This document shows, piece by piece, positions 44,101 through 54,130 of a stretch of 64,000 nucleotides of DNA (the first letter of the stretch is position 1; each line of letters starts with the position of its first letter). The DNA is from Cyanidioschyzon merolae (taxonomy: Eukaryota), in assembly GCA_000091205.1 (NCBI GenBank), contig AP006484.2, one strand, 5' to 3'. The position numbers and the translations under genes were made by a program. The notes under the pieces are model-generated. The model ran no database searches. It saw nothing but the letters and a program-made list of their open reading frames with translations, and was not told where the DNA came from.

Positions 44101-45069
44101 CCTGAGAAACAGCACCAGGCTTGTCGGTACGTCCGCCTCCAACAGAAGCTCGACTGGAAAACCTTCCAACAGCTTCAACAGAAGCTGAAGCGATGCCCTA
44201 AATGCCGGTCCGGGGTCCGTGAATTCGCAGCGTAACATATGGAGCGCCACAAGAACGATACGGCTGCCTTCCTGCACAAGACGCTCACCGATCGCATCAG
44301 CAGTCAGCTGAACAGTTGCCGCGCCTGCTGACTGACGTATTCCCGTCTCTTCAGCCACTGCGGATAAGATTTCTTCAATTATCGTAGAGAAAATCTCCAT
44401 AGATTCAGCGCTTTCCAGAGGACTTCCGAGCAAATGATCCAGTACCCGAGAACCATAGCTGCTCTCCCAATACTGCACCACAATTCGAGCGAGAAACTGG
44501 GCGACCTTTCTCCGCTCTCCACAAGAAAATGCTCTCTTTCCAGCTGCTAGTGTGCCATGGCAGTGATTCCATAACTCAACTGCAAAAGCGCAGAGCGTCT
44601 GACACATATCCAGGGTGTCCGTACGCGCGCTTAGAGCCTCAGCCTGCGAACGCTCGATAAGGTCGACCAACAGCTGAAACCCATACTGTACAGCGGCCGT
44701 TTCCACTACTCTAGCAAAGTTCGAGTCTGCATCTGGAACAGCAGATCGTGTCAAACTTTCATAGCATAGATTAGCTGCTATGAGGTCCCGTCCCAGCGCG
44801 AAAATCGTGTCTGCGGAGAAAAACTTTGACACATTACAGAGGAACGTATGGGCTTGTCTGCGGCTCTCTCCGGTGCTTTTTCCCCAGTGCAGCACTGCCA
44901 GAGCTGAAACAACTTCCGCCGTAAGATCAGACGCCATTTCCGTTGCAAATCCAGAAATAGTCCCCTTGGCGCTCAGAAGCCACGCAGCCACCACCGCTGT
45001 TCTAAAGTGGAACGACGTCGCGCGCGTACAGTAGTTGCGAGAAGCCCGCCCTAGACCGGACGTCTCCAA
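41110..45069 (-). CDS. large HEAT/ARM-repeat protein, karyopherin-beta (importin/exportin)-like; the start is probably at the internal Met near 44937
   Basis: The ORF is 1319 aa and helical-repeat throughout. An importin-beta N-terminal-like segment (DLTAEVVSALAVLHWGKSTGESRRQAHTFLCNVSKFFSADTIFALGRDLI) resembles the exportin IBN_N pattern. The first ~44 codons of the ORF track entry read through the 3' end of the Fanzor-like copy C, so translation more plausibly starts at MASDLTAEVV. Confidence 0.6.
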   Translation of the reverse strand: METSGLGRASRNYCTRATSFHFRTAVVAAWLLSAKGTISGFATEMASDLTAEVVSALAVLHWGKSTGESRRQAHTFLCNVSKFFSADTIFALGRDLIAANLCYESLTRSAVPDADSNFARVVETAAVQYGFQLLVDLIERSQAEALSARTDTLDMCQTLCAFAVELWNHCHGTLAAGKRAFSCGERRKVAQFLARIVVQYWESSYGSRVLDHLLGSPLESAESMEIFSTIIEEILSAVAEETGIRQSAGAATVQLTADAIGERLVQEGSRIVLVALHMLRCEFTDPGPAFRASLQLLLKLLEGFPVELLLEADVPTSLVLFLRRRFEQMFGDRLVACADYDWLAIEALGCWITRAQPMLPKQRDVLGSLLETLISFVICFDEAYTGDVGLLIDAPIRWEERLSLLQAVIELTFLAFESTLTHLQERPAIWSSFILLLGRLVSHPWASIAELALAFCCRDQVLKTVLTAQCVVVLLDAAWMRCCMDTSLPAYLFTGKDIVENSVLDANDPRWRLMSFVLSRNAEQPKLNSSLRSRTRDFLRKICQNWRDACLDWVVTRAVDRMDCHRNRRSTGPVMEQFCFREEPAHLHSFWRGLLSVRNGQYPSDAESALFIEMLLDETREVMFFTMSEVLAPLLPSLGRGSGVSKPPGVSKTSSRGASSEVGGEENARLTQVLQLGERVEFVLSMVDTLDLDQDANKIHMILHVFFGCAPLLARIEGAQIRTIQAALRVLERIQQLPCTEHARWSAMGLHRREKWFDALCRGILALLLRSEGSETVSGAQVLLPSIQQALREAPMPFPARCSLLKCVPVIVCSLDSPEKSIPVLNALLEETLGIWKTMALQHEVLRDPERFLIAFLAPSADADTNRTCLLQLLTLFEQMLSVSMKHSIWKQTVMFGELLPTTLPQMVAALNHLFSLRPDGRGDISVLAPSRIEIAQWYRLVMEWMLRAGLLPEAIADSRQHRKELLKTRRSFIHISARGLLLFQRMLALDPDPDALKFYREICLRGIPQVDIEYLALIVRHVMKTLLQCEAQAHQGSDIWETDVTEIWLPLLRATAERIGQLAYEEVSDEESSTMDEVLHGAPHANEASSANEAFDQAAVALVELAVAMLKLESCSRRVQLFNWARDFLRKCLDWHFESASRKAFAFLRKHLSFWIHPAEGYLAIDTESLLQLENSIARALTDERWYSRPEDVRKVHAAVNDELYRRGFSPACFTTSELPSKHPNASMFPGENGGERMRALGNVAVRRSFNHGASTQLNEAAMAFPSSKMASQKHRPLSVRLLQSWKKRTQLYTMDLEDESINGDDDTALEGVAVLFG

Positions 45070-46072
45070 CTGATGTGCAGACGCCTCCCAGTGCTTTTGA
45101 AGCGGCCACCCACTACTGCTTCCAACTGTTTCTCATATAGTTCAACTTTTAGAGGTTGTCCAACAAAGTTCTCTTGTGTAAGCTCTGGAGGTCTTCTCTC
45201 CAGCACCGCACAATTCCTTATATTGGTTGCGGCGTTAAAATCTCGATCCACGAGCTCCATCCGTTTCTTGCCATCACTCCCTGTACTTACCAATGCAAGT
45301 AGCCCATGAACTTTCGCTCTCCTTTCCATTTGCCCCTCCGTCAGCGGTCCATACTTTTCTACATCCTCAGGGCTCCTCTGGCACTTTTCTATCTCCACCC
45401 TCAGGAGTGTACAGCCCAGCTCGTGGTGTGTGTAGGACGTTCGAAACTCATCTACAGGTATCGCAACAAAACGTCTTGCGCACTCATTGCACGTTCTTGT
45501 TGACGGAACTGATGTACACCCTGTTTGGGTCTTCCATTGCCCTACTCCGTACGCTACTACGAGTCTCTGACTTTCATCCTCCTTAAGGGCACTCAACTGA
45601 TTGAAAAAGTTGGCAAATGCCCGCTGCTTCCCACAGTACAGAATCATACGCAGACGAATCCATCGATTCCTTGTATACTCCTCCCACAGCGCATCACAAT
45701 GCGCAATGTGAACTTCCATAAACTCCCGAAAAAAGCTTTAAAGTCCGCTCCTCGGCTCGTCACCTCGCTCATAGCTTCCAGGTGCTCTTTCACTCCTGCA
45801 TTCCACATCTCAATTTTCTTCCTCGCATTCATGATTTCCGATTCTCGATAGTATCTTGCTCTCGAGAATCTCAACAGGCGCATGTCTTTCTGACGTAAGT
45901 TGCAGTTCGTACCATCTTCCGCGCGCGTGGGTACTGCGATGGTTATGATATATGTGTTCCCGGGCTCTGCACCAACGACAAAGTCGTTATCTGGCACCTC
46001 CTGCGTCGCGGGACCCGCCTCCTTCTCATGTTCATGACTCGCCGCACCAACGACGAAATCGTTCTTCTGCAC
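45051..46072 (-). pseudogene. TnpB/Fanzor-like nuclease gene, copy C (N-terminally truncated; the C-terminal 222 aa are still one ORF)
   Basis: The minus ORF 45051-45719 has a zinc-finger/RuvC-III tail (TCNECARRFVAIPVDEFRTSYTHHELGCTL...MELVDRDFNAATNIRNCAVLERRPPELTQENFVGQP). The upstream ORF 45644-46072 has a duplicated RuvC-I-like block (DFVVGAEPGNTYIITIAV) in which the Asp of GIDxG reads Glu. Confidence 0.6.
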
Positions 46073-46167
46073 TTTCTGCGTCGTAGGATCCGCCTCCTTC
46101 TCATCTACACGCTTCGTCGCGGGCGAAGCCGAATGCAGACCAGAAGGCGAGCCCTACCGCGCAGGAG

Positions 46168-47097
46168 GTGCAGAAGAACGATTTCGTCGTTGATGCGAAC
46201 CCCGGGAACACGAATATCATACCCATCGCAGCACCCAAGTATAGGGAAGATGCTAACACCGGCAACTTACGTCAGAAAGACATGCGTTTGGTGAAGCCCT
46301 CAAGGGCTAGATATTACCGAGAATCGGGAATCATGAATGCATGGAAGAAAATTGAGACGTGAAACGCAGGAATGAAAGAGCACCTAGAAGCTATGAGCGA
46401 GAAGACGCGCCGAGGAGCGGACTTTCGGGCTTTTCTGAAATTCATGGAAGTTTGTGTTGCTCATTGGAAGGCGCTGTGGGAAGAATATACAAAGCCCCGG
46501 TGGGCCCGTCTGCGTATGAACTCGTACAGTGGGAAGCAGCATGCATTCGCGAACTTTTTCAATCAGTTTAGCGCTCTCAAGGAGAATGAAAGTCAGAGGC
46601 TCGTAGTAGCATACGAAGCATAGAGCTCGGCGTCGAAAAAAGGGTGTAGGCGATCTCCAACGACAAGAACGTACAAAGAGTGCGCATGCCGTTTCGTCAC
46701 GATACCGATAGATGAGTTCCGAGCGTCGTATACAAACCACAAATTGGGGTGCACGCTTCAGAGGGTCGAGATGGCAAAGTGCCAGCGGAGCCCTGAGGAT
46801 ATGAAAAAGTACAGAGGGCCGACGGAAGAGCAAATGGAAAGGAGGGCGAGACTTCGAGGATGGCTTGCACTAGTGAGTTCAACTACCAATGGCGAGAAAC
46901 GCATGGAGTATGTGAACCGAGATTTTAATGCCGCTATCAATATAAGGAGATGTGCGGTGATAGAAAGAAGACCACCAGAGTTGGCACGAGAGAATTTCGT
47001 GGGGCAACCTTTCAAAGTGGGACTATATGAGAAACAGTTTGAACCAGTTGTGAGTGAGCGGTACAAAAAGACTGGGAGGCGTCTGCTCATCAATTAG
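46168..47097 (+). pseudogene. TnpB/Fanzor-like nuclease gene, copy D (head-to-head with copy C; frameshifted)
   Basis: 46168-46362 has RuvC-I-like FVVDANPGNTNIIPIAA, where the Asp position reads Asn. 46372-46623 has MKEHLEAMSEKTRRGADFRAF...GKQHAFANFFNQFSALKENESQRLVVAYEA. 46744-47097 has FVTIPIDEFRASYTNHKLGCTLQRVEMAKCQRSPED...MEYVNRDFNAAINIRRCAVIERRPPELARENFVGQP. Confidence 0.6.
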
Positions 47098-47144
47098 ATA
47101 TAGCTTGTTCCGGTCGGGTTTCCCGCCGCTACTGTGTACTGCCG

Positions 47145-50100
47145 GTGACGTTCGACTTTCGAACAGCGTTCGTTGTCGTGGGTGGTTTTCGTGAGTGCAA
47201 AATGGCTTTTTGCGATTTGAGTGTCTTCACGACGGAACTGTCGTGCGCTACAGGTAATGCACGTCTTCGCAGTCGCCAGGCAACCCTGTTCACCTTGAAG
47301 GGTCGCGTTCACAGGACTGCGTCGGATCTTCGCAGGACTCACAAAATCAGTCGTTTGGTGAGCATGAACGTTAGCGAAACACTCACAAGCACCAAAGCTG
47401 TTCAAAATTTGGAGCCATTAGGCACCAAAGAGAGCGTCCTGGATGCTGCAGTCTCGGCGAAAAAAGTCCAAGCTCCGGGCACCGCAGCACTTTACTTTGC
47501 TTACGGCAGCAATATGTGCCCCCGAGTACTGGGACCCGACACTGATCTTCTCTATTTGTTGCGACGAATATCGTCGTCGTCCTGGGAAACCGGAGAGCCG
47601 GCCGTACTGGAAGGGTTCAGCCTTGAGTTCAGCTGCCCTGGCGTGGAAGCCCTCGGAGAACCAGCATTCGCCAACATTGTGCCTGCCGTCGAGGCCAATT
47701 CTGGTGCACCCCGTGAGCAGTATGATACAGAGGTTCACGGTGTTTTGTTTCGATTGACACAAGCAGAATTAGACCGCATCCTATTATCGGAAGGGGTCGG
47801 GTTAGGGCGCCAGCGCGTCGTCAACGTCACAGTACGCACCTACCGCAACGTACTCTATGAAAATGTCAAGACAGTCGCGTATGTATCATGGGAGATACGG
47901 AATCCACAAAAGCCCTCGTCACGTTACCTCGAGCTCATCCTGGAAGGCGCTAATTACTTTCACTTGGATATTCGGTATGTTCGAACGCTTCTGCGCAAGG
48001 CCTCCGGTGAGTACACCTCTGCCGCGCTCCCAGCCACGAATAATATTCAGAGCGACATGGTGAAAATGCTTCAGGACATACAGGTTCCCCAACAGATTGT
48101 GGCGTTTTATCAAGAAATGCACCACCTCAAGGGAACGGTTCGATTCATCATGCCTCCGATGCTTGACGAGAGCTCACGGGCGACTAGGCCGCTGTTGCTG
48201 TTCTTCCCCGGCCTAGATGGCACTGGCATCAGTATTGCTACACAGCTTAGAATGTTTCAGTCAAAATATGATGTTCGCATTTTGGTGATTCCTCGGGACA
48301 ACCGAATGCCGCTGGATGAATTAGGGAACACAATTCTGGATTGTTTGGAGTGCCTCTGGAAACAAAAGACAGAGGTACTGATGTCGAAAGAGGTATCGCA
48401 CGAGCCTCAGGTTGCACCGGATGTTCTCGCTGAGAGCATGGGCTGCTTATTGTGGTTTGAGTGTGTAAGAGCTTTTCGCAGACGAGCGAATCTCAAATGC
48501 GGCGCTGTTGACCCCTGCGAAAGCCCTACTCGCGCTCTGGCAAGGCACGTCATGCTGGTGAACCCAGCAACTAGTTTCAGCAAATCAGCTCTCGCTCCAG
48601 TTTGGGAAAATATCTCTGCATTACCCGACCCCGTTTACCACGTTGCTCCGTACATATTTAGCCCTATTCTGATCGATCTGCTCCAGCTTTTGGCAGAGCC
48701 CAGTATGGCGTTTCAGTCACTCCAGCGAATGGGTGTCCTCCGCGAAATCTTGCCCAAGGAGACGCTCCGTCATCGGGTGCGACTCATTCGCGACTTTCGC
48801 TATGCAGCCGATGACTTTGCGGCTGCAGCAGAGTACGGTGCTGAGCAATACACAATCGCAGTTGCAGCGAATGATGCTCTGCTGCCCTCTCTAGCAGAAT
48901 CAGAGAGTCTCCTTGGAAAGCTTACGCTGCCTTTTCTCGAAATTCAAAAAACGGGGGTCCGGAGGATGAGTAGCCTTCCTGCTACTGTTGTTCGGTACGT
49001 TGCAACTCAAGGTGGGCACGCGCTGCTCCAGTCGGGGAGCTTCGATGCTTACCAGCAGCTCATGGTTAAGGCTGAACGCGCACATGATCGCATTCGAAGA
49101 GGTCTTTTGGAACGAATACCCAAAGCTGCGAAAGATTCACATACCCGTTCGTCTCCGAGCCAGCATACAACGGACGTCACCGACAAAACAATGGGCTCAG
49201 GTTTCGTAACTGAAACCCTCGACAACGACCAAACACTTGTTGCCAGGTCGCCAACAAATGGACAGCTGGATCGATATGCGATACGGCAGAGGACTGGCTC
49301 GTCCGTGCGGGATTCAACCACGGGCTCACGGTTTTTCCCGAGGAACAAGTTCGCGCTCGGCGAGACGCGGTGGCAGCTTCAACGACAGAGGCGTCTGCTT
49401 TCGCCAATTTTTCTGGATTTCGACAAGGTACCCTTATCATCATCAACGCGTCCGGTTCTGTTTGTTGGAAATCATACCCGTTTGGGGCTCATCGATTTAC
49501 CATTTCTGATTGACCAAGTCTGGAAGAGCCGGGGTGTATTCGTGCGGGGTCTGGCACATCCCATTATATTCGCGATGCAGCAGCGGGGTCAGTCTCAATG
49601 GGAAAGTGCGGGAGATCGGCAGCGCACGCGAGCCCGCGACTTTGCGACGAATCTCGCTGCACTAGGCGCTGTATCTGTATCACCGCGAACGGTTTACAGT
49701 CTCCTTCGGAACGGCGACTCTTTATTGCTTTTCCCAGGCGGCGCCCGTGAAGCATATAAGAGACGTGGCGAAAATAATCAAATTTTTTGGCCGAAGGATG
49801 AAGAGTTTGTGAGACTTTGTGCACGCCTCGATGCTGTTATTGTGCCTTTTGCCTCTTTTGGCCCTGATGACAGCTTCGACGTCGTGGCGGACGGAGAAGA
49901 ACTCTTGAACGTACCTTTTCTGGGCGGCTTTATTCGCAATCAGTTTGAAAGAATGGGTGTTCGCGCTGATATTGTGCGTGCTTGGCGCTCGCCGCTTTCC
50001 GAGCAGCCCTCTGATGCGGCGATCGCAGACCTGTTGATCCCGCTGCTGCGACCGCGGCCGCCACTGCGACTCTACTTCCAGTTTTTCGATCCGGTATATC

Positions 50101-50324
50101 CCGATGCATCCCTTGTAAGAGATCGGCAACGAGCGCAGAGCATCTATGAGGACATCCGCTCTACAGTCGCGAATGGTTTGCGTCATCTCGAATGCATCGC
50201 CAAAAGACAGGACGCATACCTCCATTTTCATCAGCGTTTCCTGTACGAAAGCCTTCATCAGGGTGCACAGGCACCAACACTGACACCCTGGTCCACTGTA
50301 GATGCGCATTTGCTGCTGGACTGA
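47145..50324 (+). CDS. three-domain fusion: GGCT-like (gamma-glutamyl cyclotransferase / AIG2 fold) + alpha/beta-hydrolase + PES/ELT-type (phytyl-ester-synthase-like) acyltransferase
   Basis: The N-terminal domain has ALYFAYGSNMCPRVLG ... EVHGVLFRLTQAELDRILLSEGVGLG ... YRNVLYENVKTVAYV (GGCT hallmark YFAYGSN and the downstream v-w-GV/L-D-EG pattern). The middle domain has RPLLLFFPGLDGTGISIATQLRMF...DVRILVIPRD (lipase/esterase of plant PES/ELT proteins). The C-terminal domain PVLFVGNHTRLGLIDLPFLI...LLLFPGGAREAYKRRGENNQIFWPKDEEFVRLCARLDAVIVPFASFGPDDSFD matches Arabidopsis PES LLYPGGVREALHRKGEEYKLFWPEQSEFVRMA..GAKIVPFGVVGEDD. The ORF is 1059 aa, and the first ~100 aa may be a targeting sequence. 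Confidence 0.82.
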   Translation: MTFDFRTAFVVVGGFRECKMAFCDLSVFTTELSCATGNARLRSRQATLFTLKGRVHRTASDLRRTHKISRLVSMNVSETLTSTKAVQNLEPLGTKESVLDAAVSAKKVQAPGTAALYFAYGSNMCPRVLGPDTDLLYLLRRISSSSWETGEPAVLEGFSLEFSCPGVEALGEPAFANIVPAVEANSGAPREQYDTEVHGVLFRLTQAELDRILLSEGVGLGRQRVVNVTVRTYRNVLYENVKTVAYVSWEIRNPQKPSSRYLELILEGANYFHLDIRYVRTLLRKASGEYTSAALPATNNIQSDMVKMLQDIQVPQQIVAFYQEMHHLKGTVRFIMPPMLDESSRATRPLLLFFPGLDGTGISIATQLRMFQSKYDVRILVIPRDNRMPLDELGNTILDCLECLWKQKTEVLMSKEVSHEPQVAPDVLAESMGCLLWFECVRAFRRRANLKCGAVDPCESPTRALARHVMLVNPATSFSKSALAPVWENISALPDPVYHVAPYIFSPILIDLLQLLAEPSMAFQSLQRMGVLREILPKETLRHRVRLIRDFRYAADDFAAAAEYGAEQYTIAVAANDALLPSLAESESLLGKLTLPFLEIQKTGVRRMSSLPATVVRYVATQGGHALLQSGSFDAYQQLMVKAERAHDRIRRGLLERIPKAAKDSHTRSSPSQHTTDVTDKTMGSGFVTETLDNDQTLVARSPTNGQLDRYAIRQRTGSSVRDSTTGSRFFPRNKFALGETRWQLQRQRRLLSPIFLDFDKVPLSSSTRPVLFVGNHTRLGLIDLPFLIDQVWKSRGVFVRGLAHPIIFAMQQRGQSQWESAGDRQRTRARDFATNLAALGAVSVSPRTVYSLLRNGDSLLLFPGGAREAYKRRGENNQIFWPKDEEFVRLCARLDAVIVPFASFGPDDSFDVVADGEELLNVPFLGGFIRNQFERMGVRADIVRAWRSPLSEQPSDAAIADLLIPLLRPRPPLRLYFQFFDPVYPDASLVRDRQRAQSIYEDIRSTVANGLRHLECIAKRQDAYLHFHQRFLYESLHQGAQAPTLTPWSTVDAHLLLD

Positions 50325-53300
50325 TGCTTACAAGTTGCTTGAAAGGAACGTCAGCATGTGGCGCTCCCAAGATAGCTTCCTTCTCGGGCATCGGCGGCGA
50401 TGCACCTCATTTTCTCTCCGGAAATCGGATACCCACTGGAAGCGGGCATTGCGGCGCCGTTTCATATGCGCTTGCACAGGTGCAAGCGCGGCGACTTGTG
50501 TGCAGGCACAATATGCTGCCGTGCACGCACGTGCACGCTTGCATCTGTTCTTTCTGAGGCTGAAGGACGTTGACATGAACCAGGGATACTCCATGGTGCG
50601 CTTGATATCGACGTGCTCGCCTCGATGAACAGCCGCACACCGCTCTGATCTGCAGGCGGGCACGTTGCGCATCGAAGCATGCTCATCGCTCAGTAATGTC
50701 GATTGATGGAGCGTGGTTATCGGTTACGAATTTCCACGGAAAACAGTACTCGGTTGGACTGCAAGGCGCTTTAGCGTCACAGGAATGCTGACCGTACTTT
50801 ACATGTACTCTGCACCTGGTGGTGTACATCCATTGCTCTCTCTCCTCGCAGCCGCGTCGTCCAGGTGGAGACCTCAGCGTTTTAGCTCAATGCCGACACT
50901 GTGTAGTAAATGATCATTTTGAAAAGTTGCTCAACACAAAGCCGCCGGGCGCTCCGGAACAACAGCACATTACCGTGTTGATTGAATCGTTTACAGCTCG
51001 ATGGCGAAAATGGTTGCAAGCATCGTTTCAGGGGGAATCACACCATGGCGAGCAGCTCGCAGTCGATATTCTCGCCACACGACAATTGATCAGCTTATCG
51101 TACACCACTTAGAGCAGCCGTATCTGTTAATGACGCATCTGCTCTACCAGTTTTTGCGCACACCGGCGTGCGTAATGCATGTTTATCGTCCTGAACGCAT
51201 CGATGGGAATCGTACAGGATAGATTCTTGCATTCGTTGTACGCTCTCGTCGAGGACCTAGAGCGCAACGCTTACGACCTGCAGTACGTTCAGCGCCATAG
51301 GCTAACACCAAGCGACGCAAGCTATCGGTCATTCCTTTTTCCATATCATTGAACGATCTGGTTGATGCTTGCTACAGTGCAAACGGAACCGTCGGCTACC
51401 AGAGCGCTATCATGTCCACCTGTCAGGGATAATCCGCAGTAGCCACCACAACTCTTGTCTCCTGCTTCCGAATGAATCGTATAAAAGCATGTGACTCTGC
51501 TCGATTCGGCGCTGAGCGTGTCGAACTGAGTTCTAATGTCGTCATGCAGCGTTTCGGGACGCCTCATGACAACCATCATGCCCAGCTCCCTATGAGACCG
51601 TGCCCTGGAAAGTTGAGCCGCTCCATCTTGTTTCCGTTCGGGTTATGGTTTCGTCGTTTTAATTAAGAGTTATAGGGACCGCTCCAATGTCCTGGATCCC
51701 AGGATCTTCGCCCATAAGGAAGTCTTTCTCTTCATTTAAAGTGAGTGGTTGCGAACAAGCATGGTTGCTTGACTCAGGTCTAGGTTCCACGAATGGCTTG
51801 CAGACTGGTTTTACTTCGGTCTCGATGATATCTGTGAGATTCGTTCCATTTCCTCCATGGACACGTGAAATCCTGAAGGAGCTTCGCCAATGCTCTTCGT
51901 GAAGTTGGTCGAACGCCTCGTAGTCGTTCGCTGAGACCAGCTCATCCTTCGACTTCTCCTTTACTTGGCCGAATAGTATGAAAGTAGCCACCATACTCTG
52001 CATCTGTTTTTTCCTAGTGACTCATACGTTCTCGGAGGGAGATGGGGCTGAATCTCATCTTCTCCACGCAAGTATTTCATGTTCATTAAGCATCCTTTCG
52101 AAACCTTCTACGTCGCGAGGGGGCGCACGCACCGGAGCGGGTCTCTCCGCTCCCTGCCGCGCACGAGCAGAGAAGAAACAAAGCAGTTTAGGGTTGGTGA
52201 AAGTAGTAGAGTTCAAGTCGTCAAAGAATGATTTGCGGAAGAACGTTGGAATGGTTGCGAACTATTCTTTTATGGGCCCGTGAGCTTAGAGATAGCTTTC
52301 GACATCAACGCAGACACTCTCGACAGTAATTGGGAGAACGTACTTGCACAAAGAGCAGGTCGACGCCACTAGCAGCTGCGTTCTGCTTGACCGCTTATGA
52401 ACAGTAGAAGTTGTCGCTGTCAAAGGTTATGATAGAGGAGCATGGGATGAGGAAGCCATGAAGAGCTTCACAGAAGGATGAAGCATCTAGTGATGTCGAT
52501 TGTTTCACGATCTGGAGGCCACATCACGATTAAATTGCCGCTGGTGCTGATATTGTCGGTATTGCGAGCTTATTGCTCATTTTTGAATACTGGTTTGGCC
52601 CATTTTCAGTACTCATGTACAGGTCTACCATTCTTGCCGCCAAAAGTCTCATCGGGTGAGAGGAGCACCATTCCATCTCGCATGAGGCGTTCGCATTTCA
52701 GAAGGATATGCTTCGTGTGTTGCTCAACACGACGCAGTCTCCAAGACAAACATGTTTTTCATCTTTGCATCTCCGCGGCTCACCAGCACAGTTCTAAATA
52801 AAGGCACGGAAACTTGGTATCCTGTGGCAACTTTGGCAAAGTATCCTTCAGAGGAAATGGAGTGGAAGGGAATGGTGAGGATACTGTCTTACAGGTAGAG
52901 TTTGATAGGTTCTGTTTGCGGTGCACGATGTCCATGATAAGGACTGCGAGAAAGAGCAAGAAAACTCACCTGGCAGGCAAACTTGACTGAATTGCACAAG
53001 TAATGCTGCTCTGTTGCGAGCCAGCAGTAACATCCCAAAGTCGTTCCAAACCGTCCAGCAATCCGTAGGACACATACGTGCCGTCAAATACCTGCGATGA
53101 AGACAACCAAATATGTTCGTACTGGCGCAGGCGTTCCGGAATGCACTGCCATGACTGTAAGGCACGTGCACAGCATCCTGCACAAACAACATGGTAAGCA
53201 TAAAATGGAACCGTTTCACTAACTGAAGTGAACACTGCAAAGTTTGTTCCTCGTCCAGCTGCCGGCAACATCAGCCTTTGCTGACCTTTTCCATAATTGT

Positions 53301-53419
53301 TTCGATTTCCTTTTACTGATTTCCAGCTTCAAATAAAGCGGCCTCTCCTGTCCTGACAACTCCGTTGTCAGCAGTTGAAGGGTGCAAATAGCGGCGTTTA
53401 ACTCGCCTTTTCATAGCTT

Positions 53420-54130
53420 CTGGTTAATTTTGAAGCATTTCACGCACAGGCGAAATTTATTCTCTACACTGCACGTGCTTTTTTCATCATGTTTAGATAA
53501 CGCCTTGGCGCACCGTTTGCAGCTGTGAAACATCGATACGGCCAAGTGTTCCCATACATCCACTACAAATCCTCCTCCGGACGGTGCTCTGCGGCGCGCG
53601 AATCCTTGCTTCATCACTTTTAAAGTCCTTAACAGTGTAGACCACCTGGATGCCCTCTGTTTCAGCACCCAGTGCCGCGCGCCTGGATCATGGGCTCCCT
53701 CTGAGCATTCCCCTCGGCAAGTTTGCTGTGTGCTGTACGTGCAAGCGCATATTGCTCTATTCGATGGAGGATTTGTGGAACGCGATTTCACCCATTCTAA
53801 ACCAATTTCCGGAAGGTAAGTCCAGAGTGGAGAACAGATCGAGAACTTTGGATCTGTCTACGCTTCTTTCTTGCGAGGCTGGGACGCACCTTCCACGGGA
53901 AGCTATCTCAATTACGTCTTAAGTCCATTCCACGGCTCTTCTCCATAAAAAACAGAAGAACCGCAAGCTTCCGGGATCATGTCCTGTGAAAGCATCACGC
54001 AAGAGCCGAAAGCATTTTCGTATACAGCCAGAAAAAGAGAAGCATATCTTTATCAGGTAAAATCAGTTATTGGCATAACGGGTTTTTTGAAAGTTCGAGA
54101 TGAGCTTGAGACCATGTCGCCAAGGAGCGG
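53420..54130 (-). mobile_element. copy 3 of the ~750-bp Tc1/mariner-derived repeat
   Basis: It matches copies 1 and 2 at both ends and internally (ctgtacgtgcaagcgcatattgctctattcgatggaggatttgtggaacgcg versus ...gttgcacgtgcaagcgcgcgctgttccattccatggaggatctgtggaaggcg). This is the most diverged copy. Confidence 0.45.

Noticed and set aside
53411-53791. The motif CTYSTQQTCRGEC in a minus ORF looked like a TnpB zinc-finger (TSQTC..C).
   Set aside because: The same DNA in repeat copy 1 (12195-12524) reads in a different frame, with no Cys pattern. The region belongs to the Tc1-derived ~750-bp repeat, not to the Fanzor-like genes, so the resemblance is a coincidence.
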